Assembly (NCBI GenBank): GCA_951406725.2
Contig: OX597821.1
Span: 52,576,001 to 52,640,000, forward strand
Direction: 5' to 3'
DNA from: Octopus vulgaris
Lineage: Eukaryota
DNA: 64,000 bases
The first letter of the stretch is position 1; each line of letters opens with the position of its first letter. Under the pieces are notes generated by a model. It was not told the origin of the DNA. It did not search any database and saw only the letters and a list, made by a program, of their open reading frames with translations. Below, one piece after another: positions 54,901 to 64,000 of this stretch. A program made the translations under genes and the position numbers.

Positions 54901-55459
54901 TGTGTAAAGCATCCAAGATATAAACAGTATTTTGAGAATTATTATTGTCCTAATATATACAATATTAGCTCACCATACAACAACATATGCGTATAATCTT
55001 ATAGCAATGTCGAATCATTAATTATTAACATGGTTATATTTTGAACTTCTTTTCATATATGATATAGCATATCGTTCCCATATTTGTATATTTATAGCTA
55101 TATAGTTCACTAAAATAATTTTTCTAACGGTCTGGCAAATCAACCATCATTTCCAACGATTCCACTAAAATTGGCTGCTAAAATATTGCTAAAGATCGGG
55201 TACTTATAGAAGAAGTACTGCTAGTTTATACAAATCTAATCGTGAATGTAACCAAGAGAAGACTAGTGAGCTGAACAATGAGACTATACGCGAGAACGTC
55301 AAAAATTTACTATAGGCTATTAGGCCCTCAGGTAGATGTTGATAATCACGAACTATGAGTTACATGTTAGTGTCCTGCACGACCAAAGTAGCTCTCAATT
55401 AACCACCATGCTTCACATAATATATAAATATTTTCTTTTGGTAGCAACATAATCTTTTA

Positions 55460-55770
55460 TGGTGAAGGCGCATGGCTCAGTGATTAGATTTTCGGGTTCA
55501 CATTCATGAGGTAGTGAGTTCCATTCCGGGGCGAGGCTGTGTGTCGTGTTATTGAGTAAGACACTTTATTTCGTGTTGTTCCAGTTCACCCAGCTGAAGA
55601 ACTGAGTTGCGATGCTCTGTATCGTTCTTTGACTTTCTCCTGGATAAAATCAGTGAGGTGGAAAGGGGAAGCTGGTATGCATGTGCGATTGCTGGTCTTC
55701 CACAAACAATATTACCTGGATTTGTGCCTCGGAGGGAAATTTCTAGGTGCAAAACCATGGCAATTCATGA
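55460..55770 (+). mobile_element. tRNA/CORE-like SINE
   Basis: GGTGAAGGCGCATGGCTCAGTG head, GAGTTCCATTCC B-box, TTGAGTAAGACACTTTA CORE-like motif. Confidence 0.7.
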
Positions 55771-56455
55771 TCAAAGGTGGTCTTTTTTTAACTTTACACT
55801 ATTACGATATTATGATTCGAATGTATCCCGTAATTAATTTCATTTCAAATGTTAGAATGCATCTATATTGTGGTTTGTGTGTTTAAAAATTGTTATTTCA
55901 TGCAAAACATGGATTATGTAGCTTGTGCTTTGAAGATGCTGTTATCGCTATTTTTCGAAATAAAAGCCACTAGAACACAATCACTCGTTCTATCATGAAA
56001 ATTAAAGTAGAATTTATTTCGCTTTAAGGGAATTCGCATTACAACCAGGTTTTCAGTAACACATTAACTCTGCAGCATAGAAGCTTACTGTGCACACATA
56101 TAACTTAAGAGACATAATTTACGAGAGATCTTACGCAAATATATGTGAAAAAAAATTAGCACACTCATATACGTATACATACAATCATGCATACATAGTA
56201 CATAAATATATATACATTCATACATATATATGTATGTATGTATCTATAAATATGTGTGCATGTCTGTATGTACATATATTTATATATATATATATATATA
56301 TATAATATGTAAGTGCTATATATATATATATATATATATATCTTATCAGTGTTAGCTATATTAATTGTATGTATACATACATAAACACACGTGTATAGTA
56401 TATAATTAATAATTTTAAATTACGTGTATCATATATATATATACACACACAAAAC

Positions 56456-56880
56456 CTTGTTTATAAATTTGCCTTTTGTTGTTTTTTCCTAACTATCCGC
56501 CTATATTATTATTATTTATTTATAATAATATACTACTACTATTGAATTTGGCACAAGTCTTTAACGGTTTGAACAGGTGAGTAATCTTTTAACCCCAGGC
56601 AGCAAGACTCCTTGATGAGAACTAAGAGAAATATCTCAGAGTTCGAAATCACGTGATGTAGGGATATACGCAATTTCATTTGCGAGTTCCCCTGGATTTT
56701 GTATGTTGGCTATTTTCTCGCTCTCCCAATTTCGTCAGCTTGTTAACTCTTGGTGCTATTGTTGTCAATTCAGTCTCTTGATTCTTATTTCTAACAAAGC
56801 TGCTGCTTTCTAGGACCCTTGTCTTTAAATTTGCCTTTTGGCATTTTTGTTACCTAGCCACCTATATTATTTTTATTAAT
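56456..56880 (+). mobile_element. Penelope-like pseudo-LTR unit with decayed hammerhead (56607-56665)
   Basis: ~60-bp imperfect direct repeats at ~56456 and ~56818 flank TCC-TTGATGA-GAACT..AGTTC-GAAA-TCACGTGATG-TA-GGGA. Confidence 0.6.
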
Positions 56881-56912
56881 ATTTATATCTTTATGGATTC
56901 ATACATATATAC

Positions 56913-56982
<70 letters not shown>

Positions 56983-57580
56983 TTTGCTTTGATATTTCCC
57001 TTTCTCTATTTGTATACTACGATAACTATGTATGAAATCTCTGCAACCAACTAAATTTAACATGTAATATGTAGATCATTATGAGAGCAACTGACACGTT
57101 AAATATAATAGAAAAATGCTCATATGCATGAGAACATTTCTGTTAATATCGCTACCGGAGATTATGAAAGCATAAATGTAAGTACGTAAGGAAAATTCAA
57201 AACAAACTGCTGCGGTTTTCATATATTCTTCACTCCAATAACCTTTAGTATGCATTGCTGCATTTCCAACAAAATTACAATGAAGAAATGTAACGGATAT
57301 TTTTGATATACATACACTAAATCCTAGATTGATATCTGCACACATTTATATATCCGCAGGCATACATACATACATACATACATACATACATAAAAACATA
57401 CATACATACACACACAAAAAACACACATACATACATACGCACTCACACACACACACACACACATACACACACACACACATACATACACACACACACACAT
57501 ATATATATATATAAATAATGTGTTTTGAATGGCACAACAATGGACTGTATTAACTGTTATAATTGAATAATCCATAGTTT

Positions 57581-57622
57581 GATATAATATTTCGGTATAT
57601 AAACATTCCTTCTTCAGATATC
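57581..57622 (-). ncRNA. Minimal type-I hammerhead motif
   Basis: Reverse complement GATAT-CTGAAGA-A-GG..CC-GAAA-TATT-ATATC: 5-bp stem I, with palindromic AATATT in place of stem III. Confidence 0.6.
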
Positions 57623-57782
57623 CCTAGGAATTGATCGAGTCACTGCTATAATCGGTTTTCCAACGGTTTTTTTTTCCGGGAGCGTCTTTGCAGTGGTTTC
57701 ACGAAGCCACTTCTGGAATTTCTCATGAGAAGTGCGTGAGGGCGGTCATGTCTCAGCTTGTGTGTGCTGGCACATCCGTAGT

Positions 57783-58550
57783 TATTTATTTATTTTTAAA
57801 ATTTTATCTAGTTTCAGCTCACGAGCTGTGGCCATGCTGGGGCACCGCCATTTGGTGTTGCTACATGATTTTACTTCACGAATTCTTTTTAGCAACTGCC
57901 ATTTGGTGCATGACAGAGTTCGATGCAGCTGCCCTCATCTGCACCGCCTGCCGTGAAGTTGGTTCATCCAGCACACCTGACAGGAAGAGATCCAGTCCTG
58001 CTTTAAAGACATCCGTATCCACTCCATGCAGGTCCCTCAGGTTCTTCGGGAGGATATTGAAGAGCTGTGGGCCTCTGAAGCCCAGGCTATCACAGTATCT
58101 TGTCCTAATCTTGATGGCAAATTTGGAGTCCTTGACACCACGCAGTGGCACCCAGCTCTGGCATTTGTGTAACAAGTTTGGGACAAGTCCTTCCAGGATC
58201 TTCCAGATGTATATTATGGCATATCTTTCTCGCCTACGCTCCAAGGAATAGAGTTTTAATCTCTTGAGTCTTTCCCAGTAGCTTATATGCTGCACAGAGG
58301 CTATCTTCTTCGTGTAGCTTCGTTGGATCGCCTCAAGTTCTGTGATCAACTTGACACTGGATGGTGACCATAGCTGAGAGCATTAGTCAAAGTGGCTTAG
58401 GACAAGTGTCCTCCAAAGGACCATCATGTATACTGTTTCATCGTCAGGGTTCCTGTACGGGTAATATTTGCCTGTATTCAGCTCTAGAAATCGACCATAA
58501 TCCTGGTCTCTTGTTCTGAAGATTCTAAGAATCCATCCGGTCAGCCGCCT
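57783..58550 (-). mobile_element. CR1/L2-group LINE 3' fragment (same family as 7734-9293)
   Basis: ELEAIQRSYTKKI..LYSLERRRERY..GPQLFNILPKNLR; same 3' tail. Confidence 0.9.
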
Positions 58551-58559
58551 ACATACGTG

Positions 58560-58658
<99 letters not shown>

Positions 58659-58659
58659 A

Positions 58660-58832
58660 CATTTATATACGATGGGCTTCTTTCAGTTTTCGTCTACCAA
58701 ATCCATTCACAAGGTTTTCGTCGGTCCGAGATTATAGCAGTCGATACTTGCCCAAGTGCCACGCTGTGGGACTGAACCCGGAACCATTTGGTTGGGAAGC
58801 AAGCATCATACATAACAACCACACCTGCGCCT
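58660..58832 (-). mobile_element. SINE family C 5' half
   Basis: Minus strand GGTTCCGGGTTCAGTCCCACAGCGTGGCACTTGGGCAAG; ends in (TG)n. Confidence 0.8.
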
Positions 58833-59411
58833 ATAAAACATGCATATAAAACATATATGCTTTTATACATAAAACATTCATAAATTTACATATGTCTACA
58901 TGTGTGTATGTATATATGTATGTAAGCATGCATGTTTGATATATGATATATATTTGTATATATATCCATGTGTGTGTATATATTCATGCATATTAATATA
59001 GAAAATCTAGTAATTTATATCTATTCTCCAATATACAATATATATAGCTCATACGTTCACACGGACACACATAGAATAATACATACAGAAATATATACAT
59101 ATATGTATTTACACACACAAATATCAATGTATAAATATGTATGACATAGCTGAATGCTAATAAATTGTAGATAATAAATCATAATCGAAATAATTGACAC
59201 TTAACATGTAATAGGAAACGTATTTTATGCATAAATGCAGTTTCTCAATCATTGCGTTCAGAGTTTGTTAATCCTTAGGTAAAAATACACAAATGGAAAA
59301 CTTAAGCATTATCTCTTAAAGGCTCCCCACTTTCCCAATAATCTGTATCATGCATTACTGCATTTTTCATCAAATAGCTATTGCAAATTTAAGAAGCATT
59401 CTTGAAACACA

Positions 59412-59476
<65 letters not shown>

Positions 59477-59477
59477 C

Positions 59478-59502
<25 letters not shown>

Positions 59503-59508
<6 letters not shown>

Positions 59509-59657
59509 TTTATAGAAGGAGCTTCTACAGGACTAGAACTGTTTCATTCAAAAGAAATCATCAGGAAGCAGCTTCCTGATGATAAAATAAATTAAGTTAC
59601 TCTGCTATGTATTGAGTATCTTATTTACTGTGGTTAACCCCGACTCAACCCGGGACC

Positions 59658-59661
<4 letters not shown>
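59503..59661. mobile_element. Palindromic hammerhead element, copy 2 (right arm internally deleted)
   Basis: Left arm and tail nearly identical to 7422-7621. Intact minus-strand hammerhead at 59521-59569; sits in (TA)n. Confidence 0.85.
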
Positions 59662-59709
<48 letters not shown>

Positions 59710-60057
59710 TACACGTAGGTATATATACCTATATATTTATTAAATAGATAGGGTTACAATACAAATCAAGCTGTGTTATCCCGAAAGACATCTGTTTATT
59801 CCGCAACTCAAAAGTTGTATGTTGGGGATATATTTGAGTGTGATATGCGTAAGAGTTCATAAATGGACGAATATATTTCTTCCTGTACATTTTACTGCGA
59901 AAATACGTAACAAAAGAAGAGATATAGAAAAATTGTAATATTTGCATTCACTATTTCACGTGTTTCATTTGCTAACGAGTTGCAAATCTGCACATTTTAT
60001 GAGACACAAGTAAAGTATCTCCAATTAGATATCCTTTAGACAGAGAATGAAATACTA

Positions 60058-60438
60058 AGGAGTGGCTATGGTAAGTGGCTTGCTTAGCAACCACGTGGTT
60101 CCGGGTTCAGTCCCACTGCATGGCACCTTGGGCTACTATGGCCTCGGGCCGACCAAAGCCTTGTGAGTGGATTTGGTAGACGGAAACTGAAAGAATCCCG
60201 TGGTATATATGTATATATATATGTGAGTGTTTGTGTGTCTGTGTTTGCCCTACCAACCCCCACCCACATAGCTTGATAACCGATGCTGTTATGTATACGT
60301 CCCCGTAACTTAGCGGTTCGGCAAAATACTGATATAATAAGTATTAGACTGACAAAGAATAAGTCCTGGGGTAGATTTGCTCGACTAAAGGCGGTGCCCC
60401 AGCATGGCCACAGTCAAATGACTGAAACAATTAAAAGA
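60058..60438 (+). mobile_element. SINE family C with LINE-derived 3' tail
   Basis: tRNA-like head, and tail GGCGGTGCCCCAGCATGGCCACAG..CTGAAAC shared with the CR1/L2-group LINE. Confidence 0.85.
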
Positions 60439-60639
60439 TATATGCTTATGTGTGTGTGTGTGTGTGTGTGTTTACTTTTATCAAAACTACAAATTCATCA
60501 CAAAAAACTTTCACAGAGCTTCACATACCCGTTCGTTGCACTGTTTTCATCACAACTGTCTGATGTACAGGAACGTGAAACTCTGAGTACCATTGTTTGT
60601 GATAATGTTGCAGTTTTAATAAAAACACGTTACTGAAAT

Positions 60640-61231
60640 CGGCGACTCATCAGGTTATACATCTTGGATACCCTCAAGAGATGTATCTATCCTCATAAGG
60701 ACGACGACCTGGTTATCTCAGGCCATATGAGCGGTCATGCTATGAACAGGTACAGGATGGACTTAATAAAAATATTTAAGGAGTTCGGCCTGTCCCTAAC
60801 GGTTACTATCGACCTGATTATGGTCGATTTCTAGAGCTGAATACAGGCAAATATTACCCGTACAGGAACCCTGACGATGAAACAGTATACATCCACAAGA
60901 GCTCAAACAATCACCCTGTATTTAGAAGCCTGGCTTCAGATATTAGCAAACGACTATCTAATCTCTCGCCCAATAGAGAGATTTTAACAGGGCCGCCCCA
61001 TACTACAACGATGCCTTGGTGCGGGTTTACTGAGAAGCACACGTATGTCCACAACACCTAAACACCCTCTCCTCCCTCCAAAAGGATTAGGAAAAGGAAA
61101 ATTATTTGATATAACCCCACCTTCCAAACCAGAAGTTTCCACTAACGTAACTAGGGGCTTCCTGTCGTTAATTAAGAAACACTTCCACAGAAGCCATAAG
61201 TATTACAAACTCTTCAACCTTTATGACGTGA

Positions 61232-61232
<1 letters not shown>
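60640..61232 (+). mobile_element. Penelope-like reverse transcriptase fragment
   Basis: KDDDLVI..DLIKIFKEFGL..VDFL..NTGKYYPYRNPDDETVYIHKSSN.HP, then PP..VSTNV...FLSLI.KHF. Confidence 0.85.
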
Positions 61233-61262
<30 letters not shown>

Positions 61263-61595
61263 AAGAGACAGAGAGAGAGACAGAGAGAGAGAGAGGAGAG
61301 AGAAAGAGAGACAGAGAGAGGGAGAGAGAGAGAGCGTGAGGGAGAGAGAGAGAGCGAGAGAGAGATACACGTTCAAAGCCGAAAGAAATTACTTCTCATC
61401 ATGCGTGTGATATTAGAATATTATTTGCATAGTATACAATATTGCTTGTCACTGAACACTAGCACGTATCGTATATCTGTACGTACGTACTAATCCCTCT
61501 CTTATTCGCACTCTCCTTCTATTCTCCCTCTCACACACACGGATACAAACATTCACGTCCTACAACACATATATGTATATATTAATAAATATATC

Positions 61596-61822
61596 TATCA
61601 GGTCATCCCATAAGTTCTGTCCGAATTTTGAATAAAGAAAATAAGTGATCAAATGTTATATTTAATTGAAATTTAATCATCAATGTACTTTCCCTGATTA
61701 TCTATGACTTCCTTCCATCTATTTACAAGCTTTTTAATCCCATCAATGTAAAATTCTTTTGGTTTCAAAGCGAACAACTCTGAAATATCAGTTTCGACCT
61801 CCTCCTGGCTTGCGAAAGTTAT
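61596..61822 (-). mobile_element. Mariner transposon 3' end
   Basis: Minus translation FASQEEVETDISELFALKPKEFYIDGIKKLVNRWKEVIDNQGKYIDD*; TA plus TIR-like TCAGGTCATCCCATAAGTTCTGTCCG. Confidence 0.85.
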
Positions 61823-61949
61823 GTCCTACAAATGATTCTGTAAACTACGAAACAAATGGTGGTCTGAAGGAACAAGGTCAGGAGAATAATGTGGTTAAGG
61901 AATTTTTCCCAACCAAGCTCTTTCATCTACCCAGAACAAACTGACGTAT

Positions 61950-62122
61950 TTGGCATTACACACAATCCGTCAGCGCCAAATATTGCTAAACTAAATAATG
62001 AAATTTCTCATCCTTTGCCTTATTGCTGCTATTTCTTTAATTTTGAATTAAGACCGCTTTCATTTTAGCAAATTTTATAATACGACCTATATCTAGCCGA
62101 AAATATAGCTATAATCTTACAC
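61950..62122 (-). mobile_element. Second Chapaev3 5'-UTR fragment
   Basis: Colinear similarity to 42035-42200 (TTACACACAA..CAGCGCCA..TATTGCTAAACTAAATA..GCTTTCATTTT.GCAAATTTTATAAT). Confidence 0.7.
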
Positions 62123-62153
62123 AATAATAATAATAATAGTAATAATAATAATA

Positions 62154-62189
<36 letters not shown>

Positions 62190-62219
62190 GTAAAAATAAA
62201 ACTACCGAATAATAATAAT

Positions 62220-62435
62220 AATCCTTTCTACAATAGGCACAAGGTCTGAAATTTAGGGTGAGGGTCCAGCCGATTAGATCTACCTCAGTACTCAACTGGT
62301 ACTTAATTTATCGACCCCGAAAGGATGGAAGGCAAAGTTGACGCCGGCGGAATTTGAACTCAGAAGGTAGCGACGGGCGAAATACCGCTAAGCATTTCTG
62401 CCTGCGTGCTAAGGATTCCGCCAGCTCACTGCGTT
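62220..62435 (-). mobile_element. SINE family A monomer
   Basis: Complete head to tail, within (TAA)n. Confidence 0.85.
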
Positions 62436-62490
62436 AATAATCATGATGATGGTAATAATAATAATAAAAATAATGATAATAATAATAATA

Positions 62491-63012
62491 GGCTTCTGAT
62501 CTTAACTGATTGGAAGTGTTATCATGTACATTGTTTTGTCTTGGTATAAAAGATGGGCTACAGCAAATATTCTGCTCAATACCACAGATTTGCTTGTCAG
62601 TTGTTTGGCCTTAACCAGTTGAGCATGTCCCTTAGTGGCTGACGATATGTGCATCTCTGATCACGAGCAGAAGTAGTGGGGGAGCATCATGGTCATGTGT
62701 TGAGAGGGATTCTTTGGGGTTTGAATAATTCACCTCTGGAAACATAGGTGTTTCGTTCAACATCCTAAAGCAACCCTTATTCAGGGACCTTTTGAGCAGG
62801 ATGGGCTACTCAACCTGAAGAAAATTCTAACTGGTCTCCACCTGCAAGATCATGTGCTGTTTATCTTGATATGAGATCACCATGTCGCGCACATATGGTT
62901 GTGATGCATGTGCCTGGTGTACCTTTATCAGACGGGTAGTCATGATGGGTATATTGGGCTTCGTATATTTTACCCCAGTGTCACTTTGATGGCATGAACT
63001 GCTCTCTCACTC
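62491..63012 (+). mobile_element. Family D non-coding repeat (slightly 5'-truncated)
   Basis: Colinear with 46371-46920; (TAA)n on both sides. Confidence 0.8.
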
Positions 63013-63067
<55 letters not shown>

Positions 63068-63890
63068 GTAATAATAATAATAATAATTATAATAATAAAT
63101 AGAAAAACCCAGTATCAGGTTTGGATTATATCGTATGTCACGGTGAGAAAAGAAATATGACATTTCATTTTGTGATCCCTGGTCACAGAGATAAATAAAT
63201 GAAAATTAAAACAAAGAGAAAAATTTGATTTCATCAATCCTCTCACGGCACTGAAATATTAGGCTTCGTCTCTTCCACCAGTAAGCCGACTTATTTGAAC
63301 TGATGAACTACACATGTAAATAATATCCTTCATTCTACATGGTACAAAAATATATTCATTGCAAAGCAGCTTTGAAATATGTTTACTATACAATAACTTT
63401 ATAGCATAGCACATTCTATAGTATCATGAATCAAATTTGACAGCAATTTCCGGGCGAAAAACCGTTCATTCTTCAGGGAATCTCAACACTGAAGTAACTG
63501 AAGCTCATGGATGGGGGTGGGGAGAGGTTCTCCATTATTTAATACACTTAACATAACCATAATTATAGTTCAGGATACACAAGCACACACAGGCACATAT
63601 GTAAAAATAGATATCTATCTCTTTCTCTCGCTCTATGCATACTTTGACACGTTCGCACGTTATACAGACCCGTCAATTGGCATGCACATGTCTATATCAC
63701 ATGAATGAGGAACTAAACCCAAATAGAACTGTACGAACAACACTGAACGAATAGTACACGATTAGATTAACAATATATAATATATAACGACGAATACATT
63801 CATTAAATATAAACCTGTTTGGTGACTATCTATATGGACGCCTGTATATAATCTCATAAATATCCAGACACACAAATACACTCACACGCC

Positions 63891-63944
<54 letters not shown>

Positions 63945-64000
63945 ATTGATCGCTAGCCACCAAACCTTTTTTTTCTTATTTTCTCTCTGTTTATTTCTAT

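Overview
AT-rich, repeat-saturated eukaryotic DNA, probably a coleoid cephalopod such as Octopus (inferred from the SINE families, the microsatellite load and the Penelope/Dong/Chapaev content; not database-checked). The only host coding sequence I can support is one 112-bp minus-strand exon (22327-22438) of a natriuretic-peptide-receptor-type receptor guanylyl cyclase, so much of the window is probably large introns. The rest is transposon debris: tRNA-derived SINEs of several families, CR1/L2-group and Dong/R4-like LINE fragments, Penelope-like elements, mariner, Chapaev3, Helitron and a Gypsy RT fragment. Almost all listed ORFs are microsatellite or TE artefacts. The most interesting signals are non-coding. 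(1) Several distinct type-I hammerhead ribozyme motifs, including a ~200-bp element built as a head-to-head palindrome of two hammerheads, present twice in (TA)n tracts. (2) 184-bp head-less SINE concatemers suggesting self-targeted insertion. (3) An exact 77-bp inverted templated insertion copied from a Penelope copy 2.3 kb away. (4) Nested insertions with readable target-site duplications. I found no convincing novel protein-coding system.
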